A DNA stretch of 63,010 nucleotides, filler included, from Reticulomyxa filosa (GCA_000512085.1; 22 parts of 22 records of this genome joined end to end with filler, not necessarily neighbours in it); one strand, 5' to 3'; shown: positions 38,238 to 51,445, counted from the first letter of the whole stretch. A program made the numbers and translations. Notes: generated from the letters alone by a model not told the origin.

Positions 38238-38364
38238 GCAGGCTTTTTTTTTTTTTTTTTTTTTNNNNNNNNNNNNNNNNNNNNNNNNNNNNNNNNNNNN
38301 NNNNNNNNTTAATTAATTAANNNNNNNNNNNNNNNNNNNNNNNNNNNNNNNNNNNNNNNNNNNN

Positions 38365-38402
<38 letters not shown>

Positions 38403-38410
38403 ATGAAAAG

Positions 38411-39286
38411 TTGTTCAATTTGATCGGCAACAAATCGTACAATGAAATCGTGGAATACGTAACGAGTGAAGAGTATGACAAAAAGTACACTGACGAAGAC
38501 ATACAAAAATTCGAAGAGGAAAAGGACATCATTAGGCAGTTTCTGAATGAAGTTTCTCCCCGAATATTATGTGTACACTGTGTGTTTTATCTTTCGCAAA
38601 ATGTACATTTGTAGACAAACATATAACATTAACATTAAGTTTTTAACGAGTTCTTTTGTAATATATGTATATACATAAATGTACATATAACATATATATA
38701 TGTACATAAAAGACACCACAGCAAATTACGGCGTATGGATTGATGCGATTACACGAGATATTGAAAACAGGAGAAATTGCAGTATTCTTTCACAATAACC
38801 ACTTCAGCACATTGTATAAAAAGGGGGACTATCTATACACACTGGTCACAGACGAAGGCATTGTGGACGCCGACCCAAGGATCACTTGGCAAACACTCAC
38901 TCAAATGCACGGAGATGAAGTGTTTGTCGGAAGTGATTTCCGTTTGTTACCTTCCTTAAAATCTCAAAACCAAGGTCAAGGTCAAGGACAAGGACAAGGT
39001 CAAGGACAAGGTCAAGGTCAAAATCAACATCAAGGTCAAAATCAAAATCAAAATCAAAATCAAAATCAAAACCAAAATCAAGCTCAATCCCAATCTCAAC
39101 CACCTGCTCCTTCGGATGTGGCTTCTTCATCTGACTCGGGCCATAGTGTGGACTCGTCGAACTTCTCTTCGCATTCTTCCCACGCAAAAGACGAAGAAAA
39201 AAAATGGGGTCCACGCAACGTGACACTGCACCACCGACAACGGCCAGCTCCAAACTTCCTCAATGTATGTTATCACTCTATTTTTT

Positions 39287-39321
<35 letters not shown>

Positions 39322-39811
39322 GTCCATCTTTTTTGAAACAGTCATTACAAATATGTAACACAAACAATCAAATAATAGCTGGCACCTCACAAAACAATGC
39401 AACTAACTCACCGACCGATCACGACTCAGAAATTCGAAGAGAATTTGGAATGACGAACGAACAATTCAATGCGTTGAAGTCGGAACAAGAACGGGCCATG
39501 AACGTATACAGGAGTGGCCATGCTGTGGCGGACTCGTCTCCTCCTCCCCCTCCTCTTCCTCCTTCACAACAGCAAAGCTCTCCCAATGCGCACTCCGAAA
39601 ACAGCGGCCGATCATTTGATGAGTTGGCTGTCAACGAAGATGTGAGAAGGCAACAACAGAGGGAATTGGAGACCATCGAACAACAAGGGAATTGGAGACC
39701 ATCGAACAACAAAGGGAATTGGAAAAAACTCAACAACTTAATCAACACCCCAAACAACAAGCCAAGCAAATCCAAAAAAACAAAAAAAATGGCTTTTGTC
39801 TCATACAGTAG
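38411..39811 (+). CDS. MINDY1/2-family deubiquitinase, 3' part, ending in a CaaX motif
   Basis: QQITAYGL...AVFFHNNHFSTL (catalytic His)...LYTLVTDEG...WQTL..MHGDEVFVGSDF, then QG/QN repeats. Correcting one base at ~39686 gives the ending KNKKNGFCLIQ*. Confidence 0.9.
38965..39100 (+). repeat. Coding hexamer microsatellite (CAAGGW then CAAAAY) encoding (QG)n(QN)n
   Basis: Directly visible tandem hexamers inside the MINDY exon. Confidence 0.9.
39660..39730 (+). repeat. Coding 27-nt tandem repeat (RELETIEQQ, about 2.5 copies)
   Basis: agggaattggagaccatcgaacaaca(a) occurs twice, followed by agggaattggaaaaaact. Confidence 0.9.
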
Positions 39812-40596
39812 TGTGTGTGTGTATGTGTGTACGTGCGTGTGGTGTCTCGGCCACAAATCAAATCAAAGATCACTCGTTTTCAACTTATATATGGGCATAA
39901 ATCATCGTCGCCAAATTTTATTGTTTCGAGATTGAGCTCACTCTGAGTGTAATGCTTGATTGAAAATGTTTTTTGTTTGTTGTGAGAAATAAATCATCTT
40001 TGCAAGTTATTCTGTCTAAAAAAAAAAAAAACAAAAAAACAAAAAGTTCATTTATGTTACTTTTCCAATTTTTTTTTTGTTGTTGTTCTCCCATTAACGA
40101 CATAGTGTCTCTTTCAAAACAAAATGTTAAGTTTCAACGTAATCTGGTTTTTTACTTTTTTGATTAAATGATAGTTCTTGTTTTCATTTTAACAAATGTT
40201 AGGATTGTGAACAATTTAACAAAAAAAGAAAAAAAGATTTTGAAGAACATATAAAAAAAATCAATGCCAAGCTGTGAAAAGATTGCTGATGAGAGCAGAT
40301 TTGAAGAAACTGCATGTATGAAACATCCTCCCCAAAAAATTAAAACAGGGCAAAGAAAAAAAGAAACGATTGTGTCAAGCAGTAGCGACATCTATCGCAG
40401 GTCCTTTCATCAAAACTTATAGATTAGATGGAAAGAAATATCTCAATTTTATTAAAAGTGTTTACAATCTTGACTGCATTTCATTGTCTTGACAGTAAGA
40501 ACAAACAAGCATAAATTCCTGACTAGCAGTACTGAAGGAACGCGACAGAAGCAGGACAGTTCAAAAAAAAAAATAAATAATAATAATAAAGTAAAA

Positions 40597-42352
40597 ATGG
40601 TTGCTGCGTTCTTCTGTGCATTTCTGTTTATGTCATGGTTTCATCGGGTTTTTGGAATAAATAATCGTCCGAACATTGTCTTTTTCCTCACTGATGATCA
40701 GGTAAGACGTAGTTGTGTTAGCGCAGCAAAGCAGATGAGAAAGGAGTAAACAACAACAACAAAAAAAAAACAACAAATAAAATAAAAGGATCTTCTTCTT
40801 AATAGTCTGGAAGTAATGAACCAGACAAAGAAACTACTGGTGGATGAAGGGTTGTGGTTTAGCAACGCATTTGTATCGTCTCCAGTGTGTTGTGTGAGCC
40901 GAAGTTCATTTTTGAGTGGGCGATACGTGCACAATCACCACACGTTCAACAACAGTTATACAGGAGGGTGTCAAAATAACGACACTTGGAACAACGACAT
41001 TGAGCAGAAGACATACGCAGTATACTTGCACAATGCCGGTTACAATACTTTGTATGCGGGCAAATACTTGAACGAATATGGTTACGATTGTTGTGGCGGG
41101 ATGACTCATATCCCTCCAGGCTGGACGGAATGGTATGGGTTAAATGGCAACTCCAAGTACTACAACTATCAAGTCAGTAACAATGGAGTCACTGAAAGGT
41201 TAAGTTTAAGTGTGTTTGAAGACTTTTCATTTCACTATTTTTATAAAATACTTTACTTTTTTTTTTTTTTTTTTTTAAAAAAAAATAGAAAGCTTCGGTG
41301 ATAATTATTCGACCGACTATTTCACTGACAATATCAAAAGAAGAGGACTTTTGTTTTTGGTAAAACCAAGTCCATTAGTCAGCCCTTTTTGATGGTTTTG
41401 GCCACTCCTGCTGCTCATGGTATATGTCAGATATATACATATATGTATATGTGTACATGTATATGTGTTTATATACATATATATACACATATATATATAT
41501 ATATTTTTTTTTTTTTGTAAGGACATGAAAAAAAAAGGGGAACTGGAAAAATGAATGTTGAACTAATCCTCATTCTGAACTTTTTTTTCAACTGGACATT
41601 ACGATGAGATAAACAGATCCATTCACTCCGGCACCTCAATATAACAACACTGACGCCGGACAAATTGCTCCTCGAACTCCGAACTGGAATGAAGTGGGTT
41701 GGACGAACAAACACGAGTTGTTGCGACTAGTGCCGGCAATGACGCCAACGCAGATCAGTCAAAGCGATTCGATTTATCGTTATCGCCACGGCACTTTGCG
41801 AAGCGTGGACGACATGGTGGCGGAAATTGTGAACAAGATCGAGAGCATGGGAGTTTTGAATCAAACCTATTTCTTTTTCACCAGTGATCACGGGTTTCAT
41901 TTGGGGCAGTTTGGAATGCATTTCGATAAACGACAACTCTATGAAGTTTGGTTCCGATACAAAATAGAAGAACAAACATAAATAAATAAATATAATATAA
42001 TATATATATATATATATATATTATATTATATTTATTTATTTGTATTGATTACAATACAAATATCGAGTGTATACAATAAAAATACAATAAATTCATATTT
42101 AGACTGATTTACGTATTCCCTTTGTGGTGAGAGGCCCAGGAGTTCCAGCTGCGGCAGTGACGGACTATATTGTAACAAATGTCGACGTTGCGCCAACATT
42201 TGTGGATTTGGCCACTCAAAGTGTCCCTTCAGACATGGACGGACTGTCATTTGTACCGGCTTTCAAAGACAATCGATGGCTCGTGCAAGAACCTTTTCAT
42301 AAGAGTGTGTTGAGCAGCACTGCGGATAGTCAATTTTATGTGGAGTACTATG
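40597..42352 (+). CDS. N-acetylglucosamine-6-sulfatase-like sulfatase (GNS/S1 family), 3' truncated
   Basis: Signal peptide; RPNIVFFLTDDQD; SPVCCVSRSSFLSGRYVHNH; AGYNTLYAGKYLNEYG; IPPGWTEWYGL; RHGTLRSVDDMV; FTSDHGFHLGQF..DKRQLYE; VRGPGV..NVDVAPTF; VEYYG. Confidence 0.93.
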
Positions 42353-42543
42353 GTATTTTTTTTTTTTTTTTTTTCTCCCATACAAATTTGCATTCAAAAA
42401 CAACAATCAAATATACAACATATACAACATATATACACATATANNNNNNNNNNNNNNNNNNNNNNNNNNNNNNNNNNNNNNNNNNNNTTAATTAATTAAN
42501 NNNNNNNNNNNNNNNNNNNNNNNNNNNNNNNNNNNNNNNNNNN

Positions 42544-42690
42544 AACTGATAAATTTTCCTACTAATTCACCAGACCTAAATCCAATTGAGCATTTGGTGG
42601 ATAATTAAAGTAAAATTATATAAAGGAGAAAATCGATTCTCTTCATATAATGCCATTTAGGTATAGCAGTTTTTTTTGCAATCTACTGTA
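42544..42690 (+). mobile_element. Tc1/mariner remnant: transposase C-terminal motif plus right end
   Basis: INFPTNSPDLNPIEHL carries the SPDLNPIE motif with the catalytic E of Tc1-type DDE transposases. The segment then ends ...gcaatctACTG-TA, i.e. a CAGT terminus plus TA target site. Confidence 0.8.
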
Positions 42691-43164
42691 GTAATGGCTT
42701 TGAGAATTTTGTAGAACGAACACAAACATTCGAAATAAATTTTTTTTTTGCTATATTGTTAAATGCATTTTTGTCAATGTATGCAACTAATTGAACTTGT
42801 ATCATTTTAAAAGATATATCAAAGTTTTTTGTTGTGTCCAAAGGATTGACAATAAATTTAATAAATGTTCAACTTGTTTTAAAAAAATTTTTCCAGGGAT
42901 TACTTCTGCGTATGGATAGCGCCATGCTCGCCTGCACTATGCAAAAAATGATTTTTTTTTAGTGCAACAGTATCAAATATATTGCAAAAAACTTTTCAAT
43001 TTTATTTCTTGTTTTATACTATGTACAGTCAAGAAAGACGTATTAATCCAATTTAAATTTTATTTAAAAAACCAAGTTTTACCACGTAAAGTATCTTTTT
43101 TGTCTTTCAAAAGAGTCATGCCACATCCCCCTTTTTTAAAAAAATTAAAAATTCTTTAAAAATT

Positions 43165-43620
43165 CAGCAATTTACTTTCAACATTGAAAGAATTGCCCAC
43201 CCACTTTCTGATCCTCAATATGTGCTTACATAAACACAAATTAATCATTTATGGAGATCTACTTAAAAGAAAAACGAATACAAGTTTATTTGTGAGTATC
43301 CAAGTGATGTTATATTAGATGGACACTGTGCAGTGAAACTGGTAGATAACAATAATAACATCAACAAGATAGAAACAAATCACTTTATTATCTTTTGGTG
43401 GATCTAAATATACAAAAAGACATACATTGATGATGAAATATGTAAGTGTTTGGAGTAATATATTAGATATATCAAACAAATCAAATGAATTCGACAATTA
43501 CAATCATCTAATTATCATTGGAAGAGATAATGAAAATTATATTGGAATGCGTGCGGTGATTGGTGAAAAAACAATTATTGTTATTTATTAAAGATAATGT
43601 TAGTGTGTTTGATTAAATAT
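43165..43620 (+). pseudogene. Kelch-family pseudogene
   Basis: TLKELPTPLSDPQYVL, KNEYKFICEYPSDVILDGHCAVKLVD, QITLLSFGGSKYTKRHTLMMKYVSVWSN and GMRAVIG, with deletions and frameshifts. Confidence 0.85.
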
Positions 43621-44265
43621 ATTTCAATTTTGAATATTATACTTTACCCAAGACTCTTTGAAATTCAAAGTATGTTTATACAACAAAAATTTCTCTTTTT
43701 TTTTCCAATTAAAGAAAAATAATGATTTCACTGCATACGTTTGTTTTTTTTTCTGAATATTCTCGATATAATTGATGACTTACAAACAAAGAAATGATAA
43801 ATAATTCAATTTCAACAGTATTAGTATCTTTTGTGTCTGTCAAAATTTCAAAGTTATGTGTTAAAGAAGCTCTAAAGAAATTTGAACTTGGCCCTGTAAG
43901 AAAACATGACTTCTTTTTATTTCGATTTGCTTTTGGTAGACTCAGTTTTGCAGTTTCTTTGCAAAAAAACTTACATTATTTTTCTTTTGTTTGAAACTGA
44001 AATCAAATAAAAATAAATTACAAATATAAATGAATTTATGTATAATTGTAATAAAAACAATATTTTTGTAATAAAAACAATATTTTTGTGTTGTATGTGT
44101 TAATTCAGCAGATAAAAAGAAATTGAAATTGCCCAATGAAATGGTTTTTTTCTTTCAAAAAAACATAAAAACGATAAGTTAGAGTGAAAAAGGGGTTTAA
44201 AAAAAACTGGAGTAGGACAAAAGTTTTTCCCTACCCTCATAATAACTACTTACTTAAAAAAACTA

Positions 44266-44505
44266 TGTCTTTGAAAGCTTTTCTTGGCCTTGAAAAAAAG
44301 CTGCATGAAGTAACACTTACTTCTTTGAACTTAAAATGTTTGCAAGAAAAAGTGAATGAGCTACTCAACACGACAAGTAATAATAATTCTATCCATCGTT
44401 TTAAGATTACTGATAACAGTGGTCAAGACATCAACAATGATCAACAATTAAAAACTGCATTTGAAATTCAACCTGTTTTTTTTTATATCCATATCATTCA
44501 AAGTT
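44266..44505 (+). CDS. Hypothetical protein, first exon, PB1/ubiquitin-like fold candidate
   Basis: MSLKAFLGLEKKLHEVTLTSLNLKCLQEKV...FKITDNSGQDINNDQQLKTAF has the PB1-like pattern D..G..I..D..L..A. Truncated by the contig end. Confidence 0.4.
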
Positions 44506-44624
44506 TTGTTTAATTATTTATTTANNNNNNNNNNNNNNNNNNNNNNNNNNNNNNNNNNNNNNNNNNNNTTAATTAATTAANNNNNNNNNNNNNNNNNNNN
44601 NNNNNNNNNNNNNNNNNNNNNNNN

Positions 44625-45733
44625 TCCCTTTCACCAAGGGAAAATTTTTTTTCCAAAAATTCCAATAATTTCCAATAACTCCCAAACTTTTCCAATTCCA
44701 ATCCAATAATTCCACCGATGAGGGTGGGCAGTTCTTGGCAAATATTAAAAGAAAAAGCGTGAAGAAGCAGTGACTAATCCTGAAATAGATATGTCCTGCT
44801 CCGAAGTGTATCAACTCACGAAAGCGATTGTAAAGTCAAGGGACATTGGAAGATTATGGATATCAAATACAAGAAATTAAACGATTCCATAAAGTGCCAA
44901 TTATCCAAGACTGAAGACAATGATATTCAGATTGGATATTCATGTCGAAAACAGCACCTAGGCAATTCATTGCAAAGCAAGAGAAAAGCTTGGTATTAAA
45001 TTGATAAAGAATGGAGATGCATTCCTGAAGAAGGTATCTAAATGGAATCCTTATTGCAATCAATTAACTCGACGTTGACGCAGATGGGGGTTGGAAATCG
45101 ATCAAGAGATTGAATCAACATTGCGAATACCAATATGCAAGCAGGCCCATAATCAGCAGTCTATTGGTGTTCCAGAACAACCCAAAAACATCGACGATGT
45201 GAGTGAGAATATTCTTGATGAAAGATAATGCGACATCAGGCATTGATATCACATTATATTCATCGTCTATTCTCCCAATCACGTTGATATCAAAACCACG
45301 TGGTCTTCACCGACAAAAGATTGAGACTTGGGATCTGAGAAACAATAAATGGGAACAATTTAGATTGAGATTGAAAAAGAATATTGAAAATTGGATGAAA
45401 TCTATTGATCCAATTGCATCGAAAAATCAAGATTCTTTGGACAAAGCAGTTGAATCTTGGACCAAATGTGTCAAGACAATTTGGAAAGTCAACAAGCCAT
45501 GGTGGAGTGATAGTCTAAGTCGATTACGAAAACGAGTTCAAAAATCAAAGAACCGATTTCGCAAACAAAGAACACCAAGGAATTTGAGCCAAGTGAACAC
45601 AGAAATTTATTTACACAATTCAAGGCATTGAACAATAAAATATGCTTATTCCAGCATTGGTGAACAATGAGACAAGTTCAGTTGCAAAATCAAATATTGA
45701 TAAAGCATATCTATTGGCAAAGAACCTCGGCCC
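44625..45733 (+). mobile_element. Decayed non-LTR retrotransposon (LINE): end of APE endonuclease and EN-RT linker
   Basis: SGIDITLYSS (APE S.IDL motif), WDLRNNKWEQF and KPWWSDSLSRLRKRVQK (conserved PWW linker). Intronless, with many stops and frameshifts. Confidence 0.75.
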
Positions 45734-46514
45734 NNNNNNNNNNNNNNNNNNNNNNNNNNNNNNNNNNNNNNNNNNNNTTAATTAATTAANNNNNNNNNNN
45801 NNNNNNNNNNNNNNNNNNNNNNNNNNNNNNNNNTTTTTTGCATATGTATATATGTATGTGTTTTTGTTTTTTTTTTTTTTTTGGAAAAAAAAAAAAAGAG
45901 AAAGAGGAGGTTGGTGGGAAGAAAGAAAGTAGCTGCTTTTTTTTTTTTGTTGAATGACATACATTGGAATAACACCTCTACGCGACATAATGGAGTAAAT
46001 TAATATACCAGTCACAAGGAAAAACAAGAGGATTCCAAATTAGCGTCGCTCACAAAGTTACAAGTCTTTTGAGTTGTGAACAAACAAACAAAAAATTGAA
46101 CTTTTTTCATACCGGAACAAACAGTGCACCTACACTTCCTCTCTTCTTTTTTTTTTCTTGCTTAAAGTTGTGCAGTATGTCTCACTTACTGTTTCTCCCT
46201 CAAAACTACTTGCCTTTGGAAAAAGTGTCCCTTTTTTTTTAAAAAAAAAAGTCTCCAGGAAAAACGGAAATTTTGCAATCTCACGTAACTCACTTGGAAC
46301 ATTCCAGTTGTTTTTTTTTTTGCAAAAAAAAATGGAAATAAAAAAAAAGCAAATCGAAGAACACTTGTGCAAAGTTGTTACGAAATATTTTGGACTTTTT
46401 TTTTTTTTAAACAATGTATCTCACTAATCACCCTTCCGTCCATCCTTTCCAAAAAAAAAAATATTACTATTACCATGAAATAAATTTGAATTAAAGTGGA
46501 ATAAAAAAAAAACT

Positions 46515-46946
46515 TCAATGATCAAAAGTAGACAAAACATAGTTTCGAATTTCGCGATTGGCGATGAGACCGACACTCCAAGGAGGGAACATTCGAATCA
46601 TACGAACGCCCGTGGACGGGAGCCATCGTGCGCCGACGCGTGCGAGCCGCTGGCCGACGGTGGAGTTGTCTTTAAAGTTGTAATAGTCCAAGCCGAGCAG
46701 ATGGCAAGGCGTGGTGATCAGCTGCACCAACAAAGGAAACGACATCTGCGCAGCCCGCCATTGGTCCGGTGTCAAGTGATACCGCTTCTCCAAATAGTCG
46801 GGCGCCACCACGCTTCCTATTGTGTGTAGCATGTCACGCGACATCCACAGCGCGTAGCTCATGAAGGGCACTGACGTCGGCGCTTTGTTGCCAAATATCC
46901 GAGCAAATTGCGGGTCTCTCCAAAATACGCATAAGCTTCCGTTCAC
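46515..46946 (-). CDS. Uncharacterised membrane protein, last exon (mitochondrial-carrier-like features)
   Basis: WRDPQFARIFG...SYALWMSRDMLHT...PLLVQLITTPCHLLGLDYYN...RMIRMFPPWSVG..NREIR*. Higher GC than the flanks and clearly coding; family not firmly identified. Confidence 0.6.
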   Translation of the reverse strand: MNGSLCVFWRDPQFARIFGNKAPTSVPFMSYALWMSRDMLHTIGSVVAPDYLEKRYHLTPDQWRAAQMSFPLLVQLITTPCHLLGLDYYNFKDNSTVGQRLARVGARWLPSTGVRMIRMFPPWSVGLIANREIRNYVLSTFDH

Positions 46947-49700
46947 AGCTTTTTTTTTTTTAATAATTAAAAAAANNNNNNNNNNNNNNNNNNNNNNNNN
47001 NNNNNNNNNNNNNNNNNNNTTAATTAATTAANNNNNNNNNNNNNNNNNNNNNNNNNNNNNNNNNNNNNNNNNNNNAATGCAACAAACTTGACGTTGTTTG
47101 GCTTCACTTCACACTTGCTCGCTGGTACCACACAACCACCACTTTCCATTTGCTTGATAGATAGACATTTGATTCTTTGAAGATCTATGTTATATACGTG
47201 TGTATTGATCATACATGTTTCAAATCACATTATAAAAAAAAAAAAATATATATATATATTATGGGTTGCGCACATAACATGATAAAATCAGCTCATCACT
47301 TTCAAATTATGCGATTTCATTTCAATCAATAATGACCTCCATGATTCAATGTATTGGATTTCCATCAGCTGCCATTTTTATTGTTTCATGTAGTATACGT
47401 CCATTTGCATACATTTAAATAAATATTCAAACATTTCAAGCAACACATACACATACGTATAAAGATATTATGTTGAATATGTACATAAAATAAAAATAAA
47501 AACTTTTTCAAGCAATGGATTCAATAACAATTATAGCATCATGTAACATGAAAAGATGACATGCGCACAAATAACAAACAGAATAACAGCAACTCTTGGA
47601 TTATTGTGTTCAAATGAGCACTTTGATTTCAACGACAATGCATCCATCAAGTATTCCGTTATTTTGAGCGACTGAACGAAATTGGAGGAAGCTAATATCA
47701 TTGAAATGCTCTCATCCTCTAGAGCTACCATTTTTCGAGTGTCGGTCTTCCCTTCCACTTTTCGAATCCGAGTGATTAGGTTTTTGGTAATCGAAAAGTT
47801 TCGTGATAATGGCGACGTTTTGAGAGAGAGAGGGGGGGAGGGGGAGGTGAGGCTCGACTGCTAACACAAAATATTGTGCACACGTATCCAATCAGCAGGG
47901 ACCCCTCGCCACCACAACACACATTGTCAATATTTAAACCTTTGATTTGGTGCGTGGAAAAACTAATGTTGCTACGCCATTTGTAATTGGATCGACGATT
48001 CAAAAGTCGCTCCATTATTTGGCGAATCAGGACAGGGTCGTTGAAATAAAGCAGCGGTCATCCAAATATTGGCACACACACACAAGTCCAATGTTTTGAA
48101 ACAATTGACTAATAAAANNNNNNNNNNNNNNNNNNNNNNNNNNNNNNNNNNNNNNNNNNNNTTAATTAATTAANNNNNNNNNNNNNNNNNNNNNNNNNNN
48201 NNNNNNNNNNNNNNNNNAATTGGCTATTTTGTATATCGTTACAAGACTATTGCTTTCCACTGATGAAATGGGCCTTTGTGGCGGATTGTAGTAGTTGTTT
48301 TATTGTGTTTTGGCTTCGTTTTGGGATATATTGAGCTGTGTTGTTCCTCTCCCCTCCTTCAAAAGACGCTTGCAATATACACGTATTACATTATATGTAT
48401 ATTATGAATAACAAAATTTGTAAATAATCCGATAAAAAAAAATGAAGTAACTTCAAACAACAAATCAGCTTCAGTTTGCATAGCATCACCTCCTTTCTTG
48501 ATTGCCTTGCTCCTACTCCTTTTGTAAGAAAATTCAATACCACCTCATTTCCTTCTTTCTAGGAAAAAGAAGGAAATTTCAAAAACATTTCATTTTGTCT
48601 TTGGTACAACCTTTGAATTTTTCAAACAAGCGCAGCCACAGCTCACTGTATCTCAAACTGCAAAACCAAAATTGTCATCACATCAATTGATTATAACTGA
48701 TGGCTTTTTGGAATAACAGCTTCAAAAAAGGAAGATACTGGAAGAAAGCAAAAAAAGATGAAGGAGAATTTTCTAAAAGAAAAGATTTTTATTCAATTGC
48801 TTGCGTACAAATATAAACATTACGTTGATTGTATTATGACAGTTATATCATGTGATCAATGAAAGATCATTTTGGAAAAACAAAATATTATTATCTTGCT
48901 TTAATTGTTTTGATAATTGTATCTTTTTGTTTTTATTCTTTAATGCAACTTGTGGCATGTACACGCCCACGTTGCGGCGATAAGTGAAAAGATGAACATT
49001 TGTCATTTAGTTTATGTTTTTTGTTTAAATTAATCCAAGGTATTTGTAATTATATAAGCATTGTTAGTGATAAATTTATTTTGAACAAAATTGACAAATG
49101 AAAATACTTAAAAGCATTGATTTTTTTAAATTTTTTTTTTTTTTTTTTTTTTTTTGAGCAAATTGATCATTTCAAGAAAGCAAAGATTCAATTTTTCTTT
49201 GTTCATTTGCAAATAAATGACATTTTATTAGCTTTTCAAAAAAATATTCAATTATTGCAACCTTTCCAATGCAGTTATTTAAGCAGAATGATCTAAATTG
49301 AACCAAAAACAATTATTTTTATTTTTTTGTTCGGAACGTATCTTATATACGTCTGACAGGAACTATGAAACTAATAAATAAATTTGAGCGAGAAAAAAAT
49401 AAAAAAAATAAAAAGGAGTGAGTTGTGCAGAAGATATGTATAGCCAAAATACAATAAGGAAACATTTGCCAAAAAAATATATTTAAAAAAAGTGAAAGGG
49501 CAGATGACGTACATTTGCAAAAGACTACGCACAAACAACAAGAAATAACACCAGTCAAAAAAAAAAAAAAAAAAAAAAAAGGAAAAAAAAAAATAAAAAA
49601 NNNNNNNNNNNNNNNNNNNNNNNNNNNNNNNNNNNNNNNNNNNNTTAATTAATTAANNNNNNNNNNNNNNNNNNNNNNNNNNNNNNNNNNNNNNNNNNNN

Positions 49701-49729
<29 letters not shown>

Positions 49730-49731
<2 letters not shown>

Positions 49732-50694
49732 TTAACATCATCTGTCCGGGTTGCTTGGTAGAAGTGAAGAGAAGCACCCACAGCACCAATGAAGGACGAG
49801 AACACCGATACAGACGTCAAGACGGTGTATTTAACAGCCAGCTTGCTGAGACTTCCTGGCCTGCTAGACACTCGATCAGCACCGCTTTTGGCTAATTTTA
49901 ACAATGGTCTGTTGTCCAAATGCAAACTTCTTTTTTTTTTTTTATTATTATTATTACTAAAAACGAACAATAAAAAAAAAAAGGGGATGCAAAGGGGAAC
50001 ATTATTTCTCCCTCGATTAAAAAAAAAAAAAATCAAAGAATGTAATACACATCTAACCGCAATGTCAAAACAAGACATAGGAAGCTCAGGCTGAATTCAT
50101 AGAGGATATAAGCTCCCAGAAACCATAACGGTGGGGTAAAGGTGCACTGCATGTTCATTTGTGTCACCAATCGATGCATTTTTAAAAAAAACAAAAAAAA
50201 AAAAGTGTATATACGTCAAATTTGATTCTGTTTGGACAAACACAGTGACATACTTGGCTCAAACGTGTAATCTCTCCGTTGTTGAACAAAATGCTGGCTG
50301 TGAAAAAGGACACAAACGCCAACAATAACCAAAGCTTTAACAGGTTCAAAAACTTGGGCGGATAAGCGAAGGCCGATTTTTTGAACGCGACTTCGAGACG
50401 CAATATTAAGATATAATATAAAGATAGCTTCGCTCCAATGTAACCGAATGTGAAAAACTGCACTCGAGTCCAACAATTTGTATGATCCATTGCCAACTCA
50501 ATTGTTGCCATCAATTCAATTAGAATGTAAAACACAAAGCAAGTAACATTTAATATTACCAACTGCAAACTTCTCGTGGCTTCCGTTTTTATCACGTACA
50601 TATATGCAAATAGAAAACATGTCACCAAAGACAATGCCAGCCAACAAAAGATCTTATAGGAGGTATCAAACCAAAGTTGCCCTTCTAATGCCAT
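49730..50694 (-). CDS. GPCR-like 7TM protein, multi-exon, 3' truncated
   Basis: TM1-4 lie in the first exon (CWTRVQ...AKLSLYYILILRLEVAFKKSAFAYP). A later exon carries KLAVKYTVLTSVSVFSSFI (TM6-like). Confidence 0.65.
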
Positions 50695-51023
50695 CTTTTC
50701 AAAAAACGTTGTGCGCCCGTGCAATTTTGGTCCCCTCTGACGCTAAAAAGAACCAACTTTCTATTATAATAGAACACTGATTTAGAAGCTAAAGATCAAA
50801 CATGGAAAGGATGCATATGATACCTGTGCACTTTTTTGTACAAGTGTTTTCCAAATGAAACTATAAAGCATTTCAAGAAACAATTTACAATTTCCTTTAT
50901 GAAATAGCTTTTCCCAAAGAAACAATTTAAATTTAGAAAAAGTTGGAATGAGAGCAAAGTGCCAAGTGATTGAAAGAGGGAGAGAAGAAATTGTCAACGA
51001 AAACACTGTAGAGGAGAGTACAA

Positions 51024-51413
51024 TCAACCCTTCTTCGGACAAATTTTTTCGTCGCGAAAAGATTTAGTCAAGTTCCAGCTCAGCTTGGCTATTTCAGTAG
51101 CAGTTTGTTTGACAAACTTTGGATTGGAAGCACAATACTCATTTTGGCATTGTGTATTTCCACAGCCATCTGTGAGCTGTTGGTAATAGGACTCTATCAT
51201 TTTTTTGACATACAATTTAGCCTGTTCTGTTTTTTTAGTCTTGACGATGTATTCCTTTACTTTTTCGGTTGAAGCATCCATCGTGATGTCCGATTCTTCT
51301 TTGGTTTCTTCTTTTTCTTCTTCTTTTTTTGGCGACTTTATTTCAGCCTGTATACATATGGCAGCAAGAAAAGGGAAATCTCTCACTCATCAAAGATACA
51401 AAGATGATTTTCC

Positions 51414-51445
<32 letters not shown>

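Noticed and set aside
39660-39730. CRISPR-like direct repeats
   Set aside because: The repeats are contiguous without spacers, lie in a eukaryotic exon and encode RELETIEQQ. There are no cas genes.
47076-49600. Exon-like fragments on two small contigs
   Set aside because: Probably partly coding, but no family or reliable gene model could be supported.
51024-51386. UBE3A/HECT ligase call from the AZUL domain
   Set aside because: The AZUL is followed directly by a stop and no HECT motifs are visible in the contig.
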